Notes: generated by a model from the letters alone, not told the origin. A stretch of DNA of 64,000 nucleotides from an uncultured Gemmatimonadales bacterium (GCA_963716255.1 OY970303.1:3104001-3168000), one strand, 5' to 3'. Numbered from the stretch's first letter, positions 48,428 to 57,332 are shown. Made by a program: numbers and translations.

Positions 48428-48528
48428 GGCGCACGGGCGATCATGTCCGCTCGGCCCCTGGCGCGCCGTGTTCAAGGCCAGGATCCGGACTTTGGAGGCG
48501 ATCACCGAACGGGTCCGGCCCGTGCGCC
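48428..48528 (-). ncRNA. Y-RNA-like structured RNA (101 nt)
   Basis: 11-bp terminal stem GGCGCACGGGC/GCCCGUGCGCC, bulged C, inner helix CCGUUCGG/CCGAGCGG, two hairpins; upstream of Ro60. Confidence 0.65.
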
Positions 48529-48548
48529 GGAAAAACGGGTCGTGTACG

Positions 48549-48673
48549 TGGAGCCGGCGGGATTCGAACCCGCGACCTCTCGATCCCAAGTCGATCACCC
48601 TCCGCCGTCGGCCCGGGAGTCCCGGACGAGGAGTGGGGAGGGTTGTAGCGCTCTGCCCCTGAGCTACGGCCCC
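48549..48673 (-). ncRNA. tRNA-mimic (YrlA-related) RNA with 70-nt insert replacing the anticodon arm
   Basis: Acceptor GGGGCCG/CGGCUCC+A, D arm GCUC-AGGGGCA-GAGC, T arm GCGGG-UUCGAAU-CCCGC, no anticodon loop. Confidence 0.8.
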
Positions 48674-48699
48674 ATGCTTCCGTGCTGTGCTGCCCGCGT

Positions 48700-48780
48700 G
48701 GGTGGCGCGGCGGGACGCTCGGCCCTGGCACCGGGAGTCGCGTGTCCACGTGCTTCGGGCTCCGCGCCCGCCGGCCACCC
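48700..48780 (-). ncRNA. candidate structured RNA (81 nt)
   Basis: GGGUGGC-CGGCGGG pairs with CCCGCCG-C-GCCACCC; inner GCCC/GGGC and GCAC/GUGC helices. Confidence 0.4.
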
Positions 48781-48845
48781 TTCAACTGCCTGGCTGCTGC
48801 ATCGTCATCGTCGTCCGCCACCTCCCGCTGCTGGAGTGAGCCCGC

Positions 48846-48887
48846 AAACGAAAATCGCCCCACCCGGCGTGTGCGCGGGTGGGGCGA
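48846..48887 (-). terminator. intrinsic terminator/attenuator within the Ro60 leader
   Basis: 12-bp stem UCGCCCCACCCG/CGGGUGGGGCGA followed by UUUUCGUUU. Confidence 0.65.
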
Positions 48888-49230
48888 CGGTGTCGCTCCC
48901 CGGTTGCGGAAGCGGTCACGCGCTCATGGCGCGAACCCTCCCGGAACTCCCACGCTGATGGTCCTCGTGCTCTTTCTGCCGCCGTGCCTCGGCAGGCGAA
49001 TGCCGCCGCGTCCGCAGCCGGACGGCGTACCGAAGTCGCTGCTGCGTCCGCCGAACGGGCGCACGTCCGCACCTCGCCGACCGGCGCACGCCGCCCACGC
49101 CACGGGAGACGCGGGGTTCGCGTCGTTCCGTGGATTGCCGGCGAGTCTGTCGAGCGTGCGTGACTGCATCGGTGCGGTGTCGTCGGTTCGGGGTGTGAGT
49201 GTGGCGGGACGGACCCGCCGGAAACGCAAA

Positions 49231-49332
49231 ATCGCGCCGCCGATGTCCTCCCGCAGCCTTGGCTTCGGGGTCCACTCCGGGGCCCGTGGCGAGCACGGGA
49301 CCGTGGCGGACGGTGGAACATCGGGACGCGAC
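49231..49332 (-). ncRNA. candidate Y-RNA-like RNA (102 nt) at transcript 5' end
   Basis: GUCGCGUC-CCGAUGU pairs with ACAUCGG-C-GGCGCGAU, multibranch interior, U-run after. Confidence 0.5.
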
Positions 49333-49347
49333 TCCCTGAGGGCGAGG

Positions 49348-49376
49348 AGTGTAATCGCCCGCCGCACGGTTGTCAA
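49348..49376 (-). promoter_or_regulatory. sigma70-type promoter for ncRNA-Ro60-rtcB unit
   Basis: TTGACA-17 bp-TACACT on minus strand. Confidence 0.8.
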
Positions 49377-49428
49377 GGGGCTCCGCCGAAATGCCGTGCC
49401 AGGGGCGGGAAGGCGGCCCCGGCGGCCC

Positions 49429-51642
49429 TCAGTCCGGCTCCAGCGTCCAGGAGATGGGGATCTGCACCAGCACCGGGACGGCCCTGCCCAGGACCCTGGC
49501 GGGGCTGAACCGCATCGCCGCGACCACCGCGGCGGATGCTCCGGCGAAGCCCGGGTGCGTGGCGGAAAGCACAACGATGCTGCCGGGAACGACCGCGCCC
49601 TCGGCGTCGACCACGAACTTCATCTGCACCAACCCGGTGATGCCGGCGCCGCGGAGGAGCGGCGGGTACACCTCCGCGAGGATCGCCTGCACCTCGTCCG
49701 CGTTGAGGAGCCGCGGCTTGACCTCGGCGTCGGCGACGTCGAGGGTCCGGGAAACCTCTGCCATCCTGGGGTTCCAGCTCGCGGACGTGAAGTCCGGGCT
49801 CACTCTGCCGTCCACCCCGCGGAGCGGCACCTGCATCTCCGTGGGGACGAAGCGGCCGCCCAGCTGCCCGGGGCTGAACCCCACCGGCTTCAGCCGGCCC
49901 CGGAACACACCCAGGGCGTAGGTGCCCGGGTCGGGTGTCAGCTGCACCGTCTCCGTGTCCACCTCGCCCGACGTGTTCAGGACGAAGCGGAGCACGTACT
50001 CGGGCCCGTTCTCCCCCGCGGCATCCGGAACAGGCAGCGACGCGACGGCGGCGAGGAGAGCGGCCGTGTCCTGGAGGACGGGCAGCCTGTCCAGGGCCTC
50101 CGGAGCGAACGCGAACGCGACGGAAGGGTCGTCGGTGGACGGGACGGGCGGGAGCCTGAGCTCCGGGGAGGGCGACGCAGGCTCCGGGCGTCCATTCACC
50201 GTCCCGTTCCAGGTCCCGTCCCCGAGCGCGAGGCTCAGCCCCCCCAAGATCATCGTGAAGGCGATCCCCCACTGCGTGGAGTGCCTGGACGGTGCCATGC
50301 GCCTCGCCAGGACGGTCAGCCCGCCCGCGACCAGGGCGAGGGAAAGCGGTGGCATGGCGGCGGTGACCGTGCCCACCAGGGCGACCAGCAGGGCCGCCAC
50401 GAGCCAGCCGTTGCGAAGCTGGGCCGGAAGCGTCCGGGCTCCCGTCTGCGCGATCGCCCGGAACCGCGGGCGCGGGGCGACGGTGGGCCCGGGCCGCCCG
50501 GGCGCGCGCGCCGCCGCCGGCCGCCGGGGAGCGCGCGCCGGCACGGGCCGGTGACGGTGCTCGCCTCGCCGGACGGCCGCGGCGGAAGGAAACGGGTCGC
50601 GTCCCTCCAGCTGGCGCGCTCGCTCACACCAGGGACAGTCGCCCAGGTGCGGGGCGTAGCGGTGCTGCTCGTTGAGCGTACAGGTGGCGAGCGCTTCCTC
50701 GGCGGCGGCGAGCGCGTCGCGCCACTCCGCGGCGTCCGGGCGCGCGGCCGGGTCGTGGTGCCCGTCCTCGAAGCAGCGGCGCACCAGGGCCCGCACCTCG
50801 GGGGCGAGCAGCTGCAACGGAGGCGCGGTGCGCGGCGGCTCCAGGACGCCGCCCGCGCGCAGGCCGTGGGGGAAGTGCCCGGCCGCGATCCGCTCCTGGA
50901 TGGAGGGCGGCTCCCCCTCCCCCCGGAAGCGTCCGGCGAAAGGGTGCGTCCCCTCCATCAGCAGCTGGAAGACCAGCACCCCCAGCCCGAAGCGGTCGTG
51001 CTCCGGCGCGCGGTCGGTCTCGGCGAAGGAGCGATCGCGCAGCTCCGGCGGGGTGAACTCCGGGCGTCCCACGGGGCAGCGGTACACCGCGCCGGAGACC
51101 GGGTCGCGCACCTGGAAGGAGTCGGTGTCGATGACGACCACGCGTCCGTCCTCGCCCACCAGGATGTTGCTCTCGTTGACGTCGCCCACCACGAAGCCGG
51201 CCTCGTGCAGCTTGTGGAATGCGGCGGCGAGGTTGCGGGCGGCGCGGTGCAGCAGGCCGTGATGGAAGAGCGGGGCGCGCTCGCGGCGGGTGGCGGGGTT
51301 GTACAGCTCGAAGACGCGCAGCTTGCCGTCCACGCGGGGGAGGAGGAGGCCGGCCAGGCGGTCCTCCTCTCCGCGCAGGAGCTCCAGCGGCCAGGCGAAG
51401 ATGCCGGCCCCGGCGCCCATCAGCGCGGCTCCGGCGGGGCTCCGGGCGAGCATCTGGCGGAGCTTGAGCTCCTGCTCCGGAGCGGGGTGGTGGTAGAGCT
51501 TCGCGACGCGGTCGATGCGGCCGGGGACGGGGTAGACCGTGGCCTGGCCGCCCGCCCCCAGCTCGCTCCCGGGGACCAGGAGGAGGGTCTCGCCGCCGCC
51601 GTCGCACCGGACCCGGATCTTGCGGGTCGCCGCTGTTTTCAT
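49429..51642 (-). CDS. TerY-P-type Ser/Thr kinase fused to Zn ribbon, TM helices and two TonB C-terminal-like domains
   Basis: GAGGQATVY, VAKLY, VGDVNESNILV, IDTDSFQ, PPE, DRFGL; C..H......CPWC; YPPLLRGAGITGLV..FVVD..G.V and RFSPA..GRAVPV. Confidence 0.88.
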   Translation of the reverse strand: MKTAATRKIRVRCDGGGETLLLVPGSELGAGGQATVYPVPGRIDRVAKLYHHPAPEQELKLRQMLARSPAGAALMGAGAGIFAWPLELLRGEEDRLAGLLLPRVDGKLRVFELYNPATRRERAPLFHHGLLHRAARNLAAAFHKLHEAGFVVGDVNESNILVGEDGRVVVIDTDSFQVRDPVSGAVYRCPVGRPEFTPPELRDRSFAETDRAPEHDRFGLGVLVFQLLMEGTHPFAGRFRGEGEPPSIQERIAAGHFPHGLRAGGVLEPPRTAPPLQLLAPEVRALVRRCFEDGHHDPAARPDAAEWRDALAAAEEALATCTLNEQHRYAPHLGDCPWCERARQLEGRDPFPSAAAVRRGEHRHRPVPARAPRRPAAARAPGRPGPTVAPRPRFRAIAQTGARTLPAQLRNGWLVAALLVALVGTVTAAMPPLSLALVAGGLTVLARRMAPSRHSTQWGIAFTMILGGLSLALGDGTWNGTVNGRPEPASPSPELRLPPVPSTDDPSVAFAFAPEALDRLPVLQDTAALLAAVASLPVPDAAGENGPEYVLRFVLNTSGEVDTETVQLTPDPGTYALGVFRGRLKPVGFSPGQLGGRFVPTEMQVPLRGVDGRVSPDFTSASWNPRMAEVSRTLDVADAEVKPRLLNADEVQAILAEVYPPLLRGAGITGLVQMKFVVDAEGAVVPGSIVVLSATHPGFAGASAAVVAAMRFSPARVLGRAVPVLVQIPISWTLEPD

Positions 51643-52433
51643 GCGAGGGCCGCCAGGAGGAGGGTGAGGTCGTCGTCCGCCCGCTCGGAGATGCGCGGGC
51701 CCGCCAGGTACGCCCGGAGCCGGCCGGAGGCGCGCTCCGGGTCCGCTTCCTCGGCCGCGAAGCGGAAGAGCGGCTCGAAGAAGGGGGCGTGCGGCGTGAA
51801 GCCCGGCATGCGCAGCGCCAGGAGCTGCAGGCCGTCCGTGAGCAGCGCCAGGTGCGACGGCGCGGCCTCCAGCGCGGCGGCGCGCAACGGCTCCAGCGCG
51901 CCGGGCGAGGTCAGGAAGACCGTCTCGTTCAGGTACTCGCCGCGGGGCGCCGCGACCCCGGCCACGTGAAGGACGCCGTCCCGGCCGCGTACCACCACGG
52001 CGCCGTCCCCCACCTGCGCCGCGACCGCCCGCTCCGGCCCGGCGATGGCGGCGGCCAGCGTGGTGGCCAGGTCGGAGGGGTCTGCGCCCCGGCCGGCCGC
52101 CTCCTCGATCACCGCTTCCAGCGCCGCGTGGAAACCGCGCTCCAGGACCGTTCCCACGTCGGCATCCGGGTCCGCGGCGAGGGCGTCGCGAACCGAATCG
52201 ACCAGGGCGTCCGCGGCGATCCGGGCGCCCGTCTCGGCGAGAGGCGCCGATCCGGCCCCGTCGGCGACGGCGGCGACCAGTCGCCCGCCCGGGAGCGCGC
52301 TCCAGCGGTGCGCGTCCTGGCAGGGAACGCCGGCGCGCAGGTGGGCCACGCCCTGCACGGAGGCGGCGGCCACCCGCCAGCCCGGGGCCGCGACGGCTCC
52401 CGGCGCCGCGGCGGCGCTCAGATCTCCGCCCAT
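51639..52433 (-). CDS. PP2C-like phosphatase (TerY-P triad)
   Basis: ASVQG..H....PCQD, AVADGAGSA, ATTL, QVGDG, LTDG, DDDLTL. Confidence 0.9.
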   Translation of the reverse strand: MGGDLSAAAAPGAVAAPGWRVAAASVQGVAHLRAGVPCQDAHRWSALPGGRLVAAVADGAGSAPLAETGARIAADALVDSVRDALAADPDADVGTVLERGFHAALEAVIEEAAGRGADPSDLATTLAAAIAGPERAVAAQVGDGAVVVRGRDGVLHVAGVAAPRGEYLNETVFLTSPGALEPLRAAALEAAPSHLALLTDGLQLLALRMPGFTPHAPFFEPLFRFAAEEADPERASGRLRAYLAGPRISERADDDLTLLLAALA

Positions 52434-53095
52434 CCGGCCGGCGGGAGCGCTACCCGGTCCTCCGGGCGCGAGTGGGCGATGCTCTGCATGCTGCGCGACA
52501 GCCAGACGAAGAGCTGGCGGAAGTCCAGCCCGCGCAGCTTGAGCGGCGCGCGCACGGAGATCTCCGCCAGCCGCTTGAGGTTCGCGCCCTCCACCCCCAC
52601 GGCGAAGAAGGCCACGCGCTTTTCCGCTTCCGCGGCGCGCAGGCGGCGGGCGGCCTCCGACACCTCGGCGGGGCTCTCCCCCTGCGGTTCGCCGTCGGTG
52701 ACCATGAACACCCAGGGTCGGTAGTAGGCCACGTCGTGCGCCCGGTAGTCGGCCTTGCGGGCCTCCACCAGGTCCAGCGCCGCCTGGATCCCCGCGGCCA
52801 TGTGCGTGCGCCCGGAGGCGGCCAGCGCGGGCGGCTCCAGCCGGTCGGGCTGCACGAAGTCCTGCACCACGTGGACGTGGGTGTCGAAGGTGACCACCGC
52901 CACCTCCACCCGGCGGGCGCTCACGGGGTCCAGCAGCACGTCGTAGCGGAACGCCTCGATCCCGTCGCGCAGCGCCTGGATGGGCTTGCCGTCCATGGAG
53001 CCGGAAGTGTCCAGCAGCAGGACGCACGGGCACCGGGGCTCCGGGTTCTCGGCGAACTCCACGGCGTCTTCGAAGTCGAACGGCACGGTGGGCAC
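52418..53095 (-). CDS. terY: TerY/YegL-like vWA domain protein
   Basis: EFAENPEPRCPCVLLLDTSGSM, YYRPWVFMVTDG, F..LFVWLS.SM. Confidence 0.9.
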   Translation of the reverse strand: MPTVPFDFEDAVEFAENPEPRCPCVLLLDTSGSMDGKPIQALRDGIEAFRYDVLLDPVSARRVEVAVVTFDTHVHVVQDFVQPDRLEPPALAASGRTHMAAGIQAALDLVEARKADYRAHDVAYYRPWVFMVTDGEPQGESPAEVSEAARRLRAAEAEKRVAFFAVGVEGANLKRLAEISVRAPLKLRGLDFRQLFVWLSRSMQSIAHSRPEDRVALPPAGWAEI

Positions 53096-53350
53096 TCGTC
53101 CTGTTTTCTGGTGGTCGCGCGGGGCCGCCCCGAAGCCTGCCGGGCCGCCCGGTGAGGCAGCAATCGGCATACCCCGTCCACAGGCGCCATTTCTCCGCCG
53201 GGCGTGGGAGTGCCGTGCCCCGGGTCGTGTGCGTCACCCGTGTCCCGGCCGTGGCGCGGACGCTGCCGCCTGCCCCGATCATGACGAGAAAACGCCTGCC
53301 CGCGTTTCAGTGCGGGCAGGCGTTCGGCGGATCGATGGGGAGATCCCGGC

Positions 53351-54460
53351 TCAGGAATCGCCGCCGGGCGCGCCCACGATGCTGGAGACCTGGATCCGGT
53401 CCGGCGGGGCGGCGCCCTCCGGGTCCGCGTCCGCCCGCGCGGGGGCGGGCTGCGCCGTGGTGCCGACGGTGACCGAGGGCGGGGGGGCCGCCCCGGCGGC
53501 GGACGGCTCGGCGGGCACCATGGCGGTCACCATCTCGGCGAGGAGCCTGGACACGTCCTCCGGCGCGGCGCCCGCGGCGATCTGCTGGCGCAGCTCCACC
53601 AGGCGCGAGGCCACGCCCAGGCGGGCGGCTGCGGCGTCCTCGGCGGCGCGCGCGGCCGAGGCCTGCTCGCGGAGCGCGGCCTCCTCGCGCGGGTCGGCGC
53701 GGAACACGCTCTCCACCGTGCCGATGAGCCGGTTGAGGATGCGGTAGACGGCGGATGCGGAGAATCCGCCGAGCATCGCCAGCGTGGGGCGGGCGAGCGC
53801 CTGGGCCCGGCTCGCGCCTTCGGCACCGGCCGCGGCGGCGCCCTCCAGACCGTCCAGCGGGATCAGCGCCACCAGGATGAAGCCGGCGATGACGCCGATG
53901 AGGAACTTGATCCAGTACGACGACTCGTACCTGGAGTCGTAGCTCCGGTTCACGATGAACTCGTTGACCTGGAAGAGCATGGCGAACGAGGCGCCCACTC
54001 CCGCGGAGGCGAGCCAGAACACCTCGTTGGTCAGCAGGTTGAGCCCGGAGGAGTCGAGCACGTCGCCGCTGGCGTGGCTCACCTTGGCGGACAGGCTGCT
54101 GGCGATGAACAGCGTCACCGACACGAATGCCGCCAGCGCCATGCGGCGCACCAGCCGGACCGGTCCGGGGAGCCGGAGTATCCCCTTCTGCCTGGCGTCC
54201 TCCTGCGCGAACAGCACCAGGGCGCGCGGGGTGGCGGGAGCGACCAGCTTCGCCAGGCGCTCGTGCGCGCCGGCAAGGGCCGCGAGGTCGGAGGTGCCGG
54301 CCGGCGGGGCGGCGCGGGCGGCGTCCACCGTTTCCACCAGCGCCGCGGAAACGCGGATCCCGGAGGAGAGCGCGTAGCGGACCATCTCGGTGCACTCGCG
54401 CACCATCTGGACGCGGAGGCCGGGCTCGGCCGTGTGGGGGCGATGCTCGGAGCTGGGCAT
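53351..54460 (-). CDS. hypothetical multi-pass membrane protein
   Basis: C-terminal 369 aa of long ORF; about four TM helices, LAMLGGFSA. Confidence 0.75.
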   Translation of the reverse strand: MPSSEHRPHTAEPGLRVQMVRECTEMVRYALSSGIRVSAALVETVDAARAAPPAGTSDLAALAGAHERLAKLVAPATPRALVLFAQEDARQKGILRLPGPVRLVRRMALAAFVSVTLFIASSLSAKVSHASGDVLDSSGLNLLTNEVFWLASAGVGASFAMLFQVNEFIVNRSYDSRYESSYWIKFLIGVIAGFILVALIPLDGLEGAAAAGAEGASRAQALARPTLAMLGGFSASAVYRILNRLIGTVESVFRADPREEAALREQASAARAAEDAAAARLGVASRLVELRQQIAAGAAPEDVSRLLAEMVTAMVPAEPSAAGAAPPPSVTVGTTAQPAPARADADPEGAAPPDRIQVSSIVGAPGGDS

Positions 54461-54649
54461 GGCGGGACGGAGGGTGTGGGACGGGGAGGGAAACGGACGG
54501 CGCGGGAGCGCCTGCAACAAGTTAGCACGGGGAAACGCCGTCGGGAAGTAAAACGTGCGGCGGCCGGGGCGCGGGCGATGGTTCAGGGATGCACGATACA
54601 GCGGTGCAGGCCTTGTGCGCGCCTCCGCTCCACGCATAGCTTTTCGGTC

Positions 54650-57310
54650 ATGGACCGAAACCGCTTTCTCCGCGCCGGCCTGCTGGCCGCCACCCTCGCC
54701 GCCGCCCCCGCGCTCCCCGCGCCGGCCCCCGCGCAGCAGGCGGGCGCCAGCGAGTACGAGGGCGCCGCCGGGCTGGGGCTCGCGCTGCGCCGCCTGGGCA
54801 CCGCCAAGCGGGTGCTGATGATCGGCGCGCACCCCGACGACGAATACACGCCGCTGCTCGCGCACCTGGCGCTGGGCGAGGGGGCGGACGTGGCCTACCT
54901 GTCGCTCACGCGCGGCGAGGGCGGGCAGAACGGGATCGGGACGGAGCTGGGCGAGGCGCTGGGGATCCTGCGTACCGAGGAGCTGCTGGCGGCGCGCCGG
55001 GCGGACGGCGCGGAGCAGTTCTTCTCGCGCGCGTACGACTTCGGCTTCAGCAAGAACGCGGACGAGGCGTTCCGCCACTGGCCGCGCGAGGAATTGCTGC
55101 GCGACGCGGTGGCCGTCATCCGCCGCTACCGGCCGGACGTGGTGGTTACGGTGTTCAGCGGCACCCCGGCGGACGGGCACGGGCAGCACCAGGTGTCGGC
55201 TCTCGTGGGGCGCGAGGCGTTCGAGGCCGCGGGCGACCCCGGCCGCTTCCCGGAGCAGCTGGCCGCGGGGCTGCGCCCCCACCGCGCCGCAAAGCTCTAC
55301 CAGTCGCTCTGGCGCGGCGCGGAAAGTTCCACGCTGCGCCTCCAGGTGGGCGCCTTCGACCCGCTGCTGGGCCGCTCGCCGTACCAGCTCGCCATGGCCA
55401 GCCGCTCGCGCCACCGCTCGCAGGACATGGGGCGCCCGGAGCCGGCCGGGCCGCAGTGGGCGTACCTGCGCCGCTTCCCCGCCGCGGGCCCGGCGAGCGA
55501 CGCCGCCGCGCCCGAGGCCTCGCTCTTCGCGGGGATCGACAGCACGCTCTCCGCCGCCACGATCGCCGACGCGGGGCGCCGGGGGCGGCTGGGCGCCGCC
55601 TTTGCCGAGTACCAGTCGCTCGCGCAGCGCCTGCGGCGCGAGGCCAATCCCCTGGAGCCGGGGCGGCTGGTGCCGGAATTGGCCCGCGCGCTGGCGCTGC
55701 TGGACCGGGCGGACGCGGCGCTCGCCGGGGACGCCTCCCCGGCCGCGGAGGAGCTGCGCTTCCGGGTGGCGGCGGAGCGCGAGGACGCGCGCGCGGCGCT
55801 GGCGCGGGCCGCGGGGGTGGTGTTCGAGGCCACGGCGGACGACGCGCGCATCGTCCCCGGCGAAACGCTGACGGTCACCGCCACGCTGTGGAACGGCGGC
55901 GAGGCCGCGGTGCGCGTGGCCGCGCTGGAGCCGGCGCTCCCGCCCGGGTGGACGGCGGAGCCGCTGGACTCGCTGGCGCCGGCGGTGGCGCCCGGCGCGG
56001 TGGCCGCGCGCCGCTTCCGGGTGCGCGTCCCCGCCGACGCCGCGGCGAGCGGGGCGTACTTCCTGCGCCGCCCGCGCGCCGGCGACCTGTACGCCTGGAC
56101 CGGCGACCGGGGCGTGGACGGGCTTCCCTTCGAGCCGGCGCCGGTGCGTGTCCGCGCCCGGGTCGCCGTGGAATCCGCCGAGCTGCCGCTCGCGGCGGAG
56201 GCCACCTTCCGCGAGGTGGACCCGCGGCAGGGCGAGCTGCGGCGGCCGGTGCTGGTGGTCCCCGCCGTGTCCGTGCTGCTGGAGCCGGCGGCCAGCGTGC
56301 TCGCCGTGCCGGAGGCGGGGGGCGGCGCCTCCCCCGCCCCGCTCCGCTACCGGGTGCGCCTGCGCGCCGAGGCGCCGGGCGGGATCGCCGGGACGCTGCG
56401 GCTGGCGCTCCCCCGCGGCTGGAGCGCGGAGCCGCAGGCCGCGCCGGTGCGCTTCGCGGCGCCGGGCGAGCAGCGCGAGGTGGACTTCCGGGTGCGCGCC
56501 CCCGCCGGGGTGGCCCCGGGCGACTACCCGGTGCGCGCGGCGTTCGAGGCGGAGGACGGGCGGCGCTTCGAGCGCGGGGTGCAGTGGGTGGACTACCCGC
56601 ACGTGCGCGCCCGGCCGCTGCTGCACGACGCGGCCTCGCGGGTCCGCGCGGCGGACGTGCGGGTGCCGCGCGGGCTGAAGGTGGCGTACGTCACCGGCGC
56701 AGGCGAGGAGGGGCCGGGGGTGCTGGAGCAGCTGGGCATCGTCCCCGACCTGCTGGACGTGGAGGCGCTGGCGACGCGCGACCTGTCGCGCTACGACGTG
56801 GTCGTGGCCGGGAGCCGCGCCTACGAGGTACGCCCCGACCTGGCCGCGCACAACGCCCGGCTGCTGGAGTACGTGCGCCGCGGCGGCACGCTGATCGTGC
56901 AGTACAACAAGTACGAGCTGGTGGAGGGCGGCTTCACCCCGTACCCGCTCACCATGGCGCGGCCGCACGACCGGGTGACGGACGAGGCCGCCCCGGTGCG
57001 GGTGCTGGACCCCGCGCACCCGGTGTTCACCTGGCCCAACCGCATCACGGAGCGCGACTTCGAGGGATGGATCCAGGAGCGCGGCCTGTACTTCGCCCGG
57101 ACCTGGGACCCGCGCTACACGCCGCTGCTGGAGACCGGGGACCCGGGCGAGGCGCCGCTGCGCGGCGCCCTGCTGGTGGCGCCGTACGGCGAGGGGACGT
57201 ACGTGTACACCGGCCTGGCCTTCTTCCGTCAGCTCCCGGAGGGGGTGCCCGGTGCGTGGCGGCTGTTCGCCAACCTGCTGGCGCTGGGCGCGGACCGCCC
57301 GGCGCGCTGA
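54650..57310 (+). CDS. exported PIG-L/LmbE family deacetylase with NEW3-like and GATase-like C-terminal domains
   Basis: AHPDDE, LTRGEGGQN, SRAYDFGFSK, HGQH, IVQYN, WIQERGLYF, FFRQLP.GVPGA.RLFANL. Confidence 0.9.
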   Translation: MDRNRFLRAGLLAATLAAAPALPAPAPAQQAGASEYEGAAGLGLALRRLGTAKRVLMIGAHPDDEYTPLLAHLALGEGADVAYLSLTRGEGGQNGIGTELGEALGILRTEELLAARRADGAEQFFSRAYDFGFSKNADEAFRHWPREELLRDAVAVIRRYRPDVVVTVFSGTPADGHGQHQVSALVGREAFEAAGDPGRFPEQLAAGLRPHRAAKLYQSLWRGAESSTLRLQVGAFDPLLGRSPYQLAMASRSRHRSQDMGRPEPAGPQWAYLRRFPAAGPASDAAAPEASLFAGIDSTLSAATIADAGRRGRLGAAFAEYQSLAQRLRREANPLEPGRLVPELARALALLDRADAALAGDASPAAEELRFRVAAEREDARAALARAAGVVFEATADDARIVPGETLTVTATLWNGGEAAVRVAALEPALPPGWTAEPLDSLAPAVAPGAVAARRFRVRVPADAAASGAYFLRRPRAGDLYAWTGDRGVDGLPFEPAPVRVRARVAVESAELPLAAEATFREVDPRQGELRRPVLVVPAVSVLLEPAASVLAVPEAGGGASPAPLRYRVRLRAEAPGGIAGTLRLALPRGWSAEPQAAPVRFAAPGEQREVDFRVRAPAGVAPGDYPVRAAFEAEDGRRFERGVQWVDYPHVRARPLLHDAASRVRAADVRVPRGLKVAYVTGAGEEGPGVLEQLGIVPDLLDVEALATRDLSRYDVVVAGSRAYEVRPDLAAHNARLLEYVRRGGTLIVQYNKYELVEGGFTPYPLTMARPHDRVTDEAAPVRVLDPAHPVFTWPNRITERDFEGWIQERGLYFARTWDPRYTPLLETGDPGEAPLRGALLVAPYGEGTYVYTGLAFFRQLPEGVPGAWRLFANLLALGADRPAR

Positions 57311-57332
57311 CCCGACGAGCGAGGAGGGGCCC

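Noticed and set aside
48549..48673. Functional tRNA-Ala, intron-containing tRNA or tmRNA
   Set aside because: No 7-nt anticodon loop. The 70-nt insert is too short for a group I intron, and there is no tag ORF or pseudoknot region.
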